Shown: positions 24,743 to 38,429, counted from the first letter of the stretch. The stretch: DNA of 64,000 nucleotides from Lepidodermella squamata (GCA_047495785.1 JBLDXI010000016.1:310001-374000), one strand, 5' to 3'. Made by a program: numbers and translations. Notes: generated from the letters alone by a model not told the origin.

Positions 24743-25141
24743 TCCGACTTGTTACGAAATTAATCAGCTAGCAATAAAGTACGCGCAATCACTTTTTACC
24801 TCGAACTTTTACAACTTCATTGATCTAGCAACTTCGGGACATACTTTTATGCGATCGACAGCGTTAGTGTGGTCTGAACCTTTTTCAAAGCCTTGTTGAA
24901 GGGGAAAAGCTAAGCTGAGAGGAGATCAGATTGAAACACGCTACAAGAGAGTCGCATTCGCCAGAGCTCAGAGCATAAGAGCCAAATACATCTTTAATTT
25001 CTTATATAGAGCTTAAGATCTGAAGCTCTCCAAGCTCTGAGATTACTTTAAAATGTACCACATTTATTGAAATTCATCCGGGTGTTTGGCAAATTTATTA
25101 ACCTGTGATATCTCCAATATAAATCAGCTCTCGTCTTTCAG

Positions 25142-25931
25142 CCTTGGACATTGACCTCGGTGGGTTCTACGACTTGCGTCGAGATCGCAACTACCGGAAC
25201 CTGCTGCAATATCTCGAATCTGGACGACAAGCTGGAATTTACGATTTCTTACCGCCGAGCATTCTTGACGGCAAAACTGTTCTGCTGGTCTTCTGCACCG
25301 TCCGAAACAACGACTGCTCGGTTCTGCTTGAAATGATTGACGATTACAAGTCTTACGCTAGAGTGACTAAGCTTGAAATAGTCTACGTCAGCATGGATCG
25401 GCGGCGTTACGAGTAATCTTGTCATTGAATTTATTTATTCCTGTTCATTTTTTGTTTTAAACTGATATAGATACCTCAGCTTTATGCATAAGCTGCCGTG
25501 GCTTGGCTCAAATTCCGCCAAGGAGTCTTATGGCCCAAGTTTCGAAAATTGGGTAAGAATTTCTTGGAATTGTGAAATATGACTGGCAATTTTTTGAATA
25601 TTTAGCAATTGTGGCAAAATATTTTCATGCAATGCTGCCGCCTGCCGAAAGTCGATGATATGAACAAAGTTGCTGTTGTTAGAGATCACCGGGTTTGTAG
25701 CTTTAAAAATATTTCGTTTCAATTTCGTATTAATTATTAATTTCCTTTTCCCAAAAGCTGCTGAACACTATGCATGTTTTCGACATAGCGAAGTATCTCG
25801 CGAAAGGCGAGAAGGTTAAGTGGCATTACAGTCCAATGGCCTTAATGCAGAAGACATGGATGGAAGCTATGGAGAGCATTGAAACTACGGATGATGAGGA
25901 AAGTATGGAAAAATATCGATTAATCGAATGA
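25142..25931 (+). CDS. Divergent nucleoredoxin-like protein (NNDC site); 4 exons resolved, first exon not found
   Basis: GKTVLLVFCTVRNNDC, LEIVYVSMDR and KLPWL. In-frame splicing to ...KYRLIE*, followed by AATAAA. Confidence 0.7.
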
Positions 25932-28454
25932 GGACGAATAAATTTTTTGCGCAATGAACTGAGACGCATATTTGCTTAACCGCGTCTTTTCTTTCCTTGC
26001 TATTTCAAAAAATTAATGATTGTAAATAATTTTGAAATTCAGTAGGATCAGCCGAGACAGTTTTGCGATCGTGATTATGCAGCTTGTTTACCGCGGATCG
26101 ATTATTTCAAGTTTCTTTCACGCATGCGATATTAATTTGCATTTTCGCTTTGAGCATTATTGATTTTTCAAAACAAGGAATTAGAGGACACGATAGTGGC
26201 CCACGTTCGACATTCAAAAAAGAGCTCCTGGCTCAATTATTCTGATATATTACTGAAATCAGCCGTGCGTAACTACTAGCAATGGGCCGTGTAGAGACAA
26301 TTTTCTCCCAACTTTTTCGCCCACCGATTTCATCCAGAGATATGAATCGCAGATCAGTGATCAAACCAAATACCAATGCCGTCAGAGGTTTCGGAGCGGA
26401 TATTGGAAGGATCTCACCGGAAAGATGAATTCAGATTGTTTACATACTATTCATTGCTTTCACAGCATATCGTGTTATGTATCGGGGATTTATTCAAGTT
26501 TGTTCAGCAGCGCCTTGTCATATTTTTTCAAAGTTCTACCAGAAACCAGAGCACATACTTGTCCTAGCATTCTACTTTCCCAGCTCTTGTCCGGTTTTTT
26601 TATTCATGTCTTTTATCAAGGTTCATTTCTCAAGGGATTAGAGTTACCACATAATTTGAGGGGGGAGGGCGTGGCTGGGACGGCGCATACGCAATTGAAA
26701 TTCAGCGAAAAAAAAGAACTTGATGCGAATAATGAATGGTTTTTTTCGCCCGGGGAGACATATCAACGAAAAATTGTATCAAATCGAGTAGGAATAGACT
26801 TTTTCATATCGCCAGTAGCCAGTAGTTGACGTAAAGTATTGGATACATAAGCAACCGCTTGATTTTATGAAGCATGCTGTTTTTTGCTATAATAGCTCGC
26901 TGTCAAGTTTGAAGATTGAAAATCGATATCAATCCGATGCGGAGCTAGTAGCTGTTTTCCTGCCCCATGCGCTGAGTTAATTCCGCTTTTTGGACGCTGT
27001 AGCGTAATAATGACTGCATGTGACCGGCGTTATAATCATGCGTATTATTAGCCGGCGCCAGTTCGATTTTCATCGGCGCATGCACGGCTGCTAGCTTTAC
27101 ATATCAATATACTACGCGTAGAAAATAAAAATAAAAATTTATAAATTTTTGTTAGAATATATCAATTTCTGCCAATTTATTCTTCGAATGCAGAACTTGG
27201 GACAAATCGGGACTTTATTATACAGCCAAACGCCTCCCGGCGTTCTGCGCAGGGTTTATCCAGGCATAAAATTGGAGTGCGATGCAGTAGTTCCGCTCAA
27301 GAAAGCCTGGACAATTGCTGCTGCGTCTCTTTTTTCGTCAGGCATGCGGTTTCCTAATATTAGCTTTGGTGAAAACCCCAAAATTTACCAGCTGATTGTT
27401 TGGGATTGGGAACACCCCTTCCAGCCCCCGATTTTGAAATGCGGTGGTAACTAAATTCATTCCTACCCAAATAAGGTTAAACAGTAAGCCTTGAGCCTGT
27501 TCACATTTGGACCTCGAAAAAGCTCCTTTGGAAGAGCATTAGGCGTATTAATCGCAAGCAACGTCATCAAAAGCCTCATTTTAGCCTAGAGAGTTGAGTG
27601 TAGAGTTCAAGCGATGTCCGGTCCAGGGTCCACGAAATATAAATGTGGTTGCCGGTGTAAAAATTCTTTTTTCCTAAACAGGTGGGTCGCAGGGGGCACC
27701 CGATGAATTAAATATTAGTTAGTAAGAGATCGATATGGCCAGACGCGCATGCCAGACGCGGTACGGGATTGCTCGCTTGCCAACAGGCACTTCTCTGCAC
27801 GTGATTTGCGGTACCTTTACCGGGCAATATAGGACCATTATCAGGGCAATAGTTAAAGTCATCTTTAAGTCACATCCATGGAAAAACGTTTGAAATTGAG
27901 TATTAATGCGTAAGTGGGCGAATGATTTATCAATTCAATAGCTCAAATCAAATAAACAATCTAGAAAAATAGTTCACTCTTCAAAGAATGAATATACGCC
28001 CGGCGATTTTTCATCGCTCTCAAACCCTACATAACCTCCAACCGTGTACATATTCGTCCATTCAGCCGGTGACCCACATTCTATTACGGTTTTAGGTAAT
28101 TTCAAGGGTAATTTTAGAAATCACTTATCGACCAATTATTGCTCGAATCTCGTGATTCCACTTAGGAAACAAGCTTCCCACTTTGCGAAGCGTTTTCCGA
28201 TGTTTTGAAGCATTAATTATTCATCTCATTACGATAAAAGCTCTAATTAAGCACGAAAAGGCAGCGTCATCACTGGAAGTTTTTGGCTTTACTGCCAGTG
28301 CGATAGTTTATTGCATTTTCACGCTGCATTTGCTTCATCAATGTTTCCAGGATATACATATTATTGAAAATTTCACCTCAAGTTAGAGCATTTTCTCTAT
28401 GTAAAATCCTTTTCTACTATAGGTAATACTATTTTGAATCGGAAGTTAACGACA

Positions 28455-29177
28455 ATGCCAACCGATATTGTTTCTCTGCCAAAGCCAACTTCAGATCAAG
28501 AAGCTGTAAGTATTTTCTTATATTTTTCCGTCTTATCACTGGATGAATTATGATTTCAGGCTTTTTTCGAAGCCTGCACCACTGGAAAAGTCGTTCTATT
28601 GGAGCAGATGATGGGTAAAATCGACCCGTTAGGTCTATTGGATGCTCGCTACGAGAAAAAGCGTCACGGCGACACAATCGCCCGCATGTTCTGGCCAGAC
28701 AATTCAACATGCCTGCATTTCGCCTGTGGCAAGGGCCGAGATTCTGTAGTCGAATGGCTGCTGGCTAAGAAAATGGGCCTCGAGCAACGAATTAATGGAG
28801 TTACCGCCGAAGAAGCAAGGGCTCGTCTCAAAAAGCTGATGGACCAGCAGAACGGGGAGGAGGCGAACTGGACGAGCGCTCTGATGAAAGCCGCGGAGTT
28901 GGGCCAACTCAAATGCGTCCAGGCTCTGTGCACCTACGAAGCCGGGGCAGGCGGACGGCCATTGGCGGACCTAAATTTAACCCGAGTTTCAGACGGCATG
29001 ACTGCCCTGATGTTAGCCGTGGTTTTCGGCCACGGGAATGTCGCTGATTTGTTGCTTTTGCGTAATGCGGATTACAAAAAGCGAGACCATGATGGCAAAA
29101 CAGCGTTTCGATTGGCCCTTGACAAGAACAAGCTATCTGTTATTTCAGTTTTTGAAAAGTACAACATCAAGGAATGA
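28455..29177 (+). CDS. Small ankyrin-repeat protein; 2 exons
   Basis: ATG 28455 and intron 28506-28559 in frame. ANK motifs TCLHFAC..G, SALMKAA..G, GMTALMLAV..G and GKTAFRLA. Confidence 0.85.
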
Positions 29178-30312
29178 CGAAACAAGAATGATTTCGTGAA
29201 CTTTCTCTCTGTGTTTACCTTGAACGTGAGATTTACATCAGTTTAATAAAAGAAGTTCTCTCTGGTCATTCCACTGGCTAAATGTGAAGTAAAACCAGGG
29301 ATGAAGTTAGCGGCTGGCCATATGTCATGATGAATAATTTGAAACTTAAATTCGCATAAATTATGTATAGGTATGAATTTAACATGAATCGAAGCTTTTA
29401 ATGGCGAATTAATCAATGCGCACTGCTTTGCACCCGAGTTCCGTTTTTCGTCCGCACTTCAGTTAGAGTTGACAAAGTATTGGGATGGAATAAAGCTCCT
29501 GCCCTTGATTTGAAGCATATGTTAAGGGTACAACGTATCTGCATAGCCTTTTGGCTATTTTTTATCAGTTTTCTGTGTTCCGCACTCTTAACCCGATTGA
29601 CTAATGTCTCCTTTCTATTTTCATACAGGATCATACCATCATCGGGTGGCTACTATTAGAGGCGGCCAGTTGTTTATATTTCAATGCTTGACCTTGTTTA
29701 GAATTCACGGGCTACTATTCGCAGGTTTTATGGGTTTACGAGGCTATTATCGGATTTAATACGGTACTAGTCTGGTCATTCGCCTGTCAATCTCACGCGC
29801 TAGACAGACTAGGTATCTTCCATTTCCAAGCCAGACATATCGATCTTAATGAAGATAAGATCAACTTCTTTCTCTCACATTTAGTAAGAGCATCTTGCTA
29901 GAATAATGCAATATGTAGTTATAATGAAATTCCGATCACGATTAATGTTGAGCCCTTTAACATAGTTAAGACTAATCCGAGACATATAGCTGTAAATAAT
30001 ACCAACCCGGCCTAAACAAAGAGGGATAGCTTGCAAATGTTGAACAGCATGAATAGCTAACCGAGCTTCGGCTCATATTGGAGACCACGGCAACGCAACT
30101 TAAAGTCACTGGGCTTCATTGTTTCTCGGACCTCTAACGCTCCTGTGACGCATATTCCTTCCAATTAGAATGCGATTTATTTTGAGCATTGTTCATTCAA
30201 TTGTTACCATCAATTTTTTCCAGGAGATCAAATCAGTTATAAATCATAGGTTCCTAAGCATTCTTCAAATTAAAATGAGGTAAGCTCCAGATTTAGGCAT
30301 GCGCCTAGCTCT

Positions 30313-30497
30313 TACAGGGTGACCAAAGAATTCCGCAGGAGGCAAATTATGTGCGCATCGATTTAATGAGGAGTATCAATAATTTTAGAAGTTCCATTGG
30401 CAAAAGAATGCTTGAAATTCTTCAACTTCTTAAAACTCATCATTAAATCGATGCGCATCGAATATGCCTTCTGCGGAATTTCTTTGGCCACCCTGTA
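30313..30497. mobile_element. Palindromic MITE, Tc1/mariner type (TA-CAGGGTG ends)
   Basis: TACAGGGTGACCAAAGAATTCCGCAGGAGGCA...TGCGCATCGATTTAATGA is mirrored by ...TCATTAAATCGATGCGCA...TGCCTTCTGCGGAATTTCTTTGGCCACCCTGTA. Confidence 0.8.
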
Positions 30498-30890
30498 GTT
30501 TGATTGGCTTAGACAGACTGCTTTACAGCCGAGTTGGAAAAACAAAGCGTCCTTTTTCTGGGTAACGAAATGAGAATCGGTCAGTTTAAGAGCCCTGCGG
30601 TGAAGGCTAAATTATGCATTCTCATCACGCAGCGATTAGTTCTTCATTGTTCTGCATTTCTGCACGCATTTCATTCACGTGTTTTTACCGCCAGTAGTTG
30701 TTCAATAATATCCGATAATGTCGTGTCTTGTTGCTAAGCAACATTCGCACTCTACCGCTTTTTTCCCGCCACTAATTATTTATCAGTCGCTTAGTGGTAA
30801 GTAGGCATTTAACAAACAAATTAACTCGAAATCACCAGACACTCGCTCATCTTTATTCCTTCGAGACAATACCTATTGTTGTGCTAGAAA

Positions 30891-31707
30891 ATGCCATATC
30901 GGAAAGTCTACATGCGACACGGCGATGTTCTACGTGAGCTTGTTGGCGAGTATGTTGTTAAGGTGGATCACAGCCAGCTGATTGAAGCTGCACCGAACAA
31001 GATTCCCCTCGAGCATTTGGATGTCGAGACTTTGTGTGATAAAGCCATTAAGATAGGCCTCTACTTCACCTCACCCTCAAGTCCTCACTGCCAGCGCTTC
31101 ACGCCGAGGCTGGTGTCATTCTACAACAAAGCGCAGGAGGTCATTCCAGGCTACTTCGAAATCATCCAGGTTTCAGCCCTAAATGACGAAGAGAGGTTAG
31201 TAGACTGATTACTTATTTTCAAAGTGGAATCATGGGGTTCTAATTCCAGCTTCTGCGAAGACATCGCCAAAGTTCCATGGTACTCGATTGACTTCAAGCA
31301 GTTCTATGCAAGGGTACGTTCCGAAAAATGTCGAAAATGAGTACACGGGACCTTTCTGAAGTCTTTAGAAATTCCAAATAATCCTTTGATACCTTACTCT
31401 ACATTAGGATTAAATTTTTTTAATTTTTCGCATTTTCGAAAATTTAAATAACTAAAAATCCCTGTTCAACTTTTGAGGCTATTTAAATCTTTTTGATCTT
31501 TAGGATGTTCTGGCCAGGAAAATGAAAATCGATCGGTTTCCAAGCCTCGTAATAGTAAACTCCTCAACTGGAGAGGTAAGTAATCCTCGAATCTCGGCTA
31601 ACTTTCTTCACATTATTCCCTCTTCCATTCACCAGATTCAGGATTCAAACGGCGTTGCAATTGTGGAGCGAGATCTAACTCAAAACATTGCTACAATATT
31701 TGATTAA
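30891..31707 (+). CDS. Divergent nucleoredoxin-like protein (SPHC site); 4 exons
   Basis: KIGLYFTSPSSPHCQRFTPRL, FEIIQVS, VPWY and IDRFPSLVIVN, with canonical introns. Confidence 0.8.
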
Positions 31708-31727
31708 AAAAACAATTATTATGGAAA

Positions 31728-31739
31728 AATAAATTTATT
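31728..31739. terminator. Palindromic bidirectional poly(A) signal AATAAATTTATT between convergent genes
   Basis: Gives AATAAA on both strands, 21 nt after the + strand stop (31707) and about 130 nt after the - strand stop (31869). Confidence 0.5.
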
Positions 31740-31868
31740 TGTCATTGTTATAATTTAAGCATATTCCTACAACCAAAGCAGCACCACTCCCATCCTACTC
31801 TCTTAGTAACATGATACACTATTTAGGGGGCAATTTCAACAAATGTCAACAAAGAATCAGCGAGCGAC

Positions 31869-32237
31869 TCAGCCAACAATCGAGAGTGAAGTCTGGCGGC
31901 CAAATAGCGGCTGCGCTGCTCGCAGGGTGTAGATCGTGGTTTCAAAGCGACCTCCATTCGGATCAGGGATATCGACAATCCCTTGGCCGCTTGCAACAAC
32001 CACGAAGCCAAACCGCTCCAGGGTGTTGAAAACAGTGACCAAATTGCGCCCTAAACCGCAGGTGAAACGGTTATCTTGCCCGTAAAGGGTATCATTAGGA
32101 AGCAGGCAGGGTTTAGCCTCCAACGCAGCGATGACATCCTTCATCAGGTTGACATGTTCAGCATCGCCGCGATTTGCTTTGAGCAGGAAAATCTGATGGC
32201 TCGGATCTCGCGTAGCTTCAACACATATGTAAGGCAT
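31869..32237 (-). CDS. GTP cyclohydrolase I feedback regulatory protein (GFRP)-like protein, divergent
   Basis: Starts with MPY. AALEAK, VFNTLERFGFVVVA and TIYTLR parallel GFRP motifs recalled from memory (HLGASK, VLDKLERRGFRVLS, LVWCLH). Confidence 0.6.
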   Translation of the reverse strand: MPYICVEATRDPSHQIFLLKANRGDAEHVNLMKDVIAALEAKPCLLPNDTLYGQDNRFTCGLGRNLVTVFNTLERFGFVVVASGQGIVDIPDPNGGRFETTIYTLRAAQPLFGRQTSLSIVG

Positions 32238-32463
32238 AGTTGTTACAGCAGCAGCAATAAAAATGTCAAAAATAGCTAGTTGTAAAGTTGTTTTGTTTGA
32301 AATGAGAGGAGCTTATGCATTACATATACGTAGATAAGCAGCTTGTCTGTACCAGATAAAGCAATAGTAGCCACCAACACCTCGGTATTATCACCGCTCG
32401 TAGTTTTTTGCGCATAATCTCTTGAGAAAGCAAAAAACTCCAAAATTAAGTTCTTTATTATTG

Positions 32464-35400
32464 TTACAATCTTTTCGCCAGAAATCTAACAACAGACGAA
32501 TGGCCTTTGGCTGTAGCGATTCCATGCGGAGTTAGGCCGGAGTTGTTTCGAATGTGAAGAGCGTTTTGATAGTTCTTGTAAAGAAGTTGAACAACGTCCA
32601 AGTTGCCACCAGCTGCTGCTCGATGTAGAGGTGTATTGCCTTTGTTATCAACAGTTGAAATGCAGCTGGGTTGATTTTTATGAAGAAAATCAGTAACATC
32701 GAGAAAACCGCCTTTCGCAGCTAAATGAAGAGGATTAGACCCATTCTTATCCAATTTCTCAGCAGCTAAGGGCCATAGCTCATACAGAACCTCAACAGCC
32801 TTGAATTGCCCTTTCGAGCTAGCTGAATGCAAAGCAGTAGCTCCGGAGTGATCTGTTGATTTCAAAGCCGCAGGTTCGAAATCGATAAGGTATTTAACGA
32901 CCTCAATCCTCCCATTCTGAGCAGCAGCGTGAACTGCATTATTCGATCCATTGGTCAAACCGTCTGTTAATTCCGGATTTCTCTCAATGAGACACTTCAT
33001 GACATCCAATCGACCCTTCGAAGCAGCGACATGGAAGATTTGCTGCGGCTCATTCGAGTCGATCCCGTTCGACTCCGCCCATTTCTCGACGCAGAACTCT
33101 GCGATTCGATCGTGGCCTTTCTTCATCGCAATTTCGATAGGAGATGGCCTTGCAAAAGTTTTGAACCAATCCGGAGACTTGAAATAAAGGTATTTCACCA
33201 CATCTAATCGATCTAAAGATGCGGCTTGTGGTAGTATTGAACGAGAGCTAGCTTTGGTCAGTTTTCTCAATGACAACCATTGTTGAAAGAGATAGTCCGA
33301 AACAGCAACATCTCGCTTTTCTACGCTGTAATCTAGACAGCTTTTCCCGTCCGAATCGAATAAATCCAGAGCTTTTAGATGTTTACCACAGACAAATTTG
33401 ACCAGATCCAAGTTCCCACTAGAGACCGCTGCGTGTAAAGGAATTAGCTCTTTGTCACTTGTTGCTAATTTTACAGCATCTGGCCATAGATTGAACAGAT
33501 ATATCGCGGTTTCTAGGTGGCCATTCATGCAAGCTGCGAAGAAGGAAGAGCAGCCTTCATTATTCAGCCACATAATTTGACCCTCCTCGCTCTTTGAGAT
33601 TACTAGCTTGACCATTTCCAATTTACCAGCGGATGACGCCGAGAAAAGCATATTGCCGTAGTCGGTCGATTTATGGCCGTGAATTCGGGCCCATTTGAGT
33701 AGGAAGAAATCGATGATTTTAGCTTGGTTCTTTGCTCGAGCTATGCCGAGAGGGGTCAGACCTTCGTTATTCGTGATTTCACTCGATTCAGGGCAAGCAT
33801 CGAACAGAAATTCGGCAACTTCCACGTGTCCATTTGCTACTGCGATATGAAGAGGGGTCGAGCCAGTTGAATCGAGTAGACTTCCATTAGAAGGACATTT
33901 CCCGAAGAGATATTCCACCGTACCAAGATCGCCACTTCCAGCTGCAGCGTGAAGAGGGGTTAGACTCGTCTTGGGTAAAACGATTGATGGGAATTTCGGG
34001 CGGGTCTCTACAATGTAACGAACAACGTCGCAAACTCCTTGTGACGAAACTATAAAGAATAGTCGTTTGTTGTTCTTCGAGGAAAGTCGGTTGTAAGCAA
34101 CCCAGCCTTGAAATAGAAACTTGGCCACATCTTGATGGTTCTCATTGAGAGCCGACCCCAGAGGTAAGAAACCATCCTCATCTTTCCGATTCATTTGCTT
34201 AGGCTCAGCAAATAGGAGGAATCGCGTTGCTTCGAAATTGCCTTTCATCGCTGAGATATGGAGAGGGGTTCGTCCTTCAGAATCCACAAATTTCAATGGT
34301 TGATCGAAATTATCGACCAACATTTGTAGAATTTGAAGATTTCCAACCCCGGCAGCAGTGTGGAGAGGATTGGTCTTTCCATCCTCGAAAGCCAACCCCT
34401 TGCCAGAGACATTCTTGCAGAGACTTTGAACGATATCTAAACTGCCATCACGACAGGCTTGATTCAGCATTGAGATGTTGTCAGTTCGATCCAAATCGTT
34501 CTCCCTAGCCCATTTTTTCAGCAGATAATCAGCGACTTCTTTGTGATTGTTCCTCGAAGCTAGTTTAAGAGCCGTTGAGCCTCTTCCGTCAACCAAATTG
34601 AGGCATTTGGGCCATTCTACAAGAATAAATCTCACGCATAATAGGTGACCGCTTTGAGCTGCGAAATGAAGGACTGTTGATCGATCCTTTGCCACTTTTT
34701 TTATTCCTTCTGGCGATTTTTCGACTAGAAATCGCAACGCCTCAAGGTGACCTTCCTTAGCTGCTGCATGGTAAGCTGTTTCCTCATTCGATCCATTTGT
34801 CGCATGAATGGAAGTCGAGTCTTTCGAAAGGCAATATCGAATCAAGCCGAGATTGTTCTCATGAGCAGCTTGATGCAGTATCGCGGAGAATATCCTCGGA
34901 TCTAAATGATTCGATTTAGCCCATTCTTCAAGAAGGGATTCCGCAACTTTAGTGTGGCCGGCTTCTAGGGCGACATCGAAGGGAGATTGGGAAGATTCAT
35001 TCAACTCAGAAACCGACTTAGGCTTGAGTTTAACAAGAAATCTAACTAAACTCTCGTGCCCCTTTGAAGCAGCCTTGTGAAGAGGACTTCCGCCGTCTTC
35101 AGTTTTCGACTCCAGCAGAGAAGGATTTTTCTTGGCTATAAACCGAACGATGCCCAAGTTGCCTTTTGAGCAGGCCTTAAAGAACTGCTCCCCCTCAGTC
35201 TTCTCGTCCAAGTTGTGACTGTCGACCCATTTTTGAAAAAGAACCTCGGCTGTAGATGAATGTCCATTTTCTACCGCGAGATCTAGCGGGGTTTTTCCGT
35301 CAGAATTCTGTTTTTCAGTTAATTTTTGGTTCTCGGAATACAAAAACTCAACGATCTTCGACTGGCCAGCAGATGCTGCGGAATGCATAGCAGTCGACCC

Positions 35401-38400
35401 ATCAGAGCTTGCAATCGTAAAAGCCTCCGGCCTCTTTTCGCTTAGAAATCTGACCACGTCAAGATGACCGTTCGAACAAGCAGCGTGAAGGGCTGTTCTA
35501 CCAAAATTATCCCGTCTATCATAAATAGACGGTTCTGCTTCGAAAAGGTGTTGAACAACCTTGATTCGGCCATGTTTAGCTGCGAGGAGGAAAGAAGACT
35601 CCCCAATTTCGCTCACAGATTCGATAGATTTGGGAGAAATTTTCTCAATTGCTTTAACCACATCTAGGCGACCTTTCACAGCAGCTTGTTGCATCATTGA
35701 GTCGTGGGAAGACGATGGGAATGATCTGTTTAGTAAATATTCTATCACTGAGGTGTGATCCTTAGATACAGCAAGGTCCAGGGGTGTTTCGTTCTTTTTC
35801 GATTCAGCCTCTTGGTTCGACCTCGCATCTTCAATCAGGAACTTGACGACTTCAAGATGTCCCTTTGAACACGCCAAGTGGAGCGGTGTTCGGCCTGACT
35901 CATCTTTAATCCAAGTAGATTCCGGACTTTTTGAATAAAGTAACCTGGCCACTTCCAACCGGCCATAACTCGAAGCAATATGAAGCAGGGTTTGATCTTT
36001 CCGATCTTTCAGTTTAATTGAATCTGGATCACGTTGGGTTAGGAATCTAACTATGGCGAGGTCATCGTTTTTTACAGCTTGGCTCAGCATTTGTAGTAAG
36101 TCGTCAGCTGGTACTTCCCTAGCAAAAGCCCATTTTTCTAGCAGAAGTTTCACGACGGTTTCTCGGTTTATTTCCTCGGCTACATCCAAAGGGGATCGAC
36201 CTAATTTGTCTTTGAGTTTGAGAGCCTCAGGGCAAAGTTCCATCAGCAGATCGAGAGTTTCTGTATGACCTCGACTACAGCATTCATGGAAAGGAGTTAG
36301 TCCAGAGCCGTTTGTAGTCTCAATACCATCAGGCCATTTTTCAAACAGGAATCGTATCGAATCATGATTTTTGTTGATGCATGCTAGATGAAGAGCCGAG
36401 CCAGATTTCTCTGATATGTGCTCCGAAGCTTCCGGCCAAAATCTGCAGATTAACTCGGCAGTTTTAAGCTGGTTGTTAGCAGCAGCAACATGGAGGCAAG
36501 TTTCCCCATCAGCATTCATCGTTTTCAAGGATTTAGGTGAAGTTGAATGCAAGTAGCGTAAAATATCGAGGTTTCCCTTTGAAGCGGCTCTAAAGAGCAT
36601 TTGATGATGATCAGATTCCGGAATTCGATTAGAATCAGCCCAGATTTTAGCCAGAAGCTTCGCAACGTTAGAATGGCTGGATTTAACAGCAATATCCAAG
36701 CCTGTCTCCCCATGTTTATCAGTCATTTGAGCAAGACTGCTATCGGTTTTGGTTAGAAGGTTCGCAATGTCAATTCTGCCGCTTTGAGCCCCGTAATGTA
36801 ACGCTGTTTGGCCATCTTCATCGGTTGATTGCGTTAAGCCAGGTGAATTCTCACAGATGTATTTAACAATATCAAAATGGCCATTGGAGCAGGCGATTAG
36901 GAGAGAGTTTCTGCCATCTCCGTCGGTAGCTTTTATCGATTTGGGCTTTTTCTCGTGTATAAATTTGAAAATCGAAGTATCGCCTCCGTTTGCAGCCGTG
37001 AGAAGGTGGGTATCGTAGCTATCTTCTGAAACCCCATTTTCCTCAGCCCAAGCTTTGAAAAAGACTTCGGCTACATTTTTGTGACCATTCATCAAAGCTG
37101 AATCCATCGGGCATAGATTCTTCTTATCTCGAAGTTTCGATGAATCAGGGTTCATTTCTAGGAGTAACCGGGTGGTTTCAACTTGGCCGGCTGATGAAGC
37201 TGAATGAAGAGGGGTCCATCCATCCTCGTCAGTTATCTCAGCAGCTTGAGGCCAATGCTCAAGAATGAACTTCAAAATGCTCAAATGGCCTTTGGAGCTA
37301 GCAAGATGAGCCAGTGTCTTGCCTCGGCTTAAAATCTTCCTCAAATCTTGCATGGAGCCATTCTCGGATAGAAACTCGACAACATCGAGATGGCCATTAG
37401 AAACTGATTCGATTAAGGCGGTTTGTTTGGCTGAATTTGCTTCCTTAGCATGAACTCGTTGGGTTACCTTTGCAATCTCTAAATCCCCAACGGAGCAGGC
37501 TTTAACAAAAATCGTTCGGAAATCACTCGAGGAACATTGATTCGAAGCTGCCCATTGTCTCAAAAAGAAATCAGCTGTCTTTGCGCGACAAACGTCAAGA
37601 GGAGTTAGGTCGTCATGGTCCTTTACTTTTGCAGCATCTGAGTACCTTTCGACAAGATATTGGCTCGCTTCGACATGGTCATTCATCGCAGATAGATGTA
37701 AAGGTATTCTTCCGTCTTTGTCGATGGCTTTGATCAATTTTGGCGATTTTTGATAGAAGAACTGGACAAGACCGAGGTGACCCATTTGAGCAGCGATGTG
37801 GAGAAGACTTCGATCGTTCTCGTCCACACTATCGATAAGCCCCTCGGACTTTTTCAGGATAACTTTCGCGATATCTAGCCTCTTCAAAAGCGAAGCCTTG
37901 AGCAGGGCTTCCTTCAAATCTGACGAGTCCAAATGTCGCTGAGACATCCATTTTTTGAGGATGTAATCAGAAATTTCCTGATTTCGTTCGGATACGTCAA
38001 AAATAGTTTCGCCTCTTTTGTTGACATAATCGATTTGATCAGGGTGTTTTTTTAGAAGAAACTTGACGACTTGAAAGTGGCCATTTCTCGCAGCGGCGTG
38101 GCTGGGTATTTCGCCGGAGTAATTACCCTGAGATGCAGCTTCAGGCCACGCGTTATACAGCAATTCGACCGTTGATAAATGACCATTTAGAGCAGCAACG
38201 TAGAGCGACGTCTGTCTGTTCTCACCGAGAAGTCTCACAGCTAAGCTTGAATGGTTGAGGATTTCTGTTACCAGGTCGGTATTCCCTTCAGAGGCGGCTT
38301 GGTAAATCGCAGGAATCTGATTATTCGGCAGGTTGTTTGGTCTGAAATGGGAAATTAAACAGTTTTGCCTGTTGAACACCAATCCTCAAATTACTCGTTC

Positions 38401-38429
38401 TGGATCGGAATAATTCTCTTCTTAGGCAT
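32464..38429 (-). CDS. Giant (~1970 aa) ankyrin-repeat protein; short first exon plus a 5.9-kb exon
   Basis: ATG 38429 (MPKRELFPIQNE) splices in frame at 38341. Dozens of G.TPLH.A...G...V..L repeats and no other domain recognised. Confidence 0.9.

Noticed and set aside
26260-27095. Possible hAT- or Helitron-like element (CAGCCGTGC ... GCACGGCTG)
   Set aside because: Only a 9-bp inverted match, no target-site duplication and no second copy in the window.
29630-29770. Decayed MITE-like piece (GGCTACTATT repeats, AATACGGTA end)
   Set aside because: Only one convincing terminus, so the boundaries cannot be supported.
32951-36713. Short ORFs antisense to or overlapping the ankyrin gene, and similar ones over other CDSs
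   Set aside because: Shadow ORFs of real coding sequence with no independent evidence.
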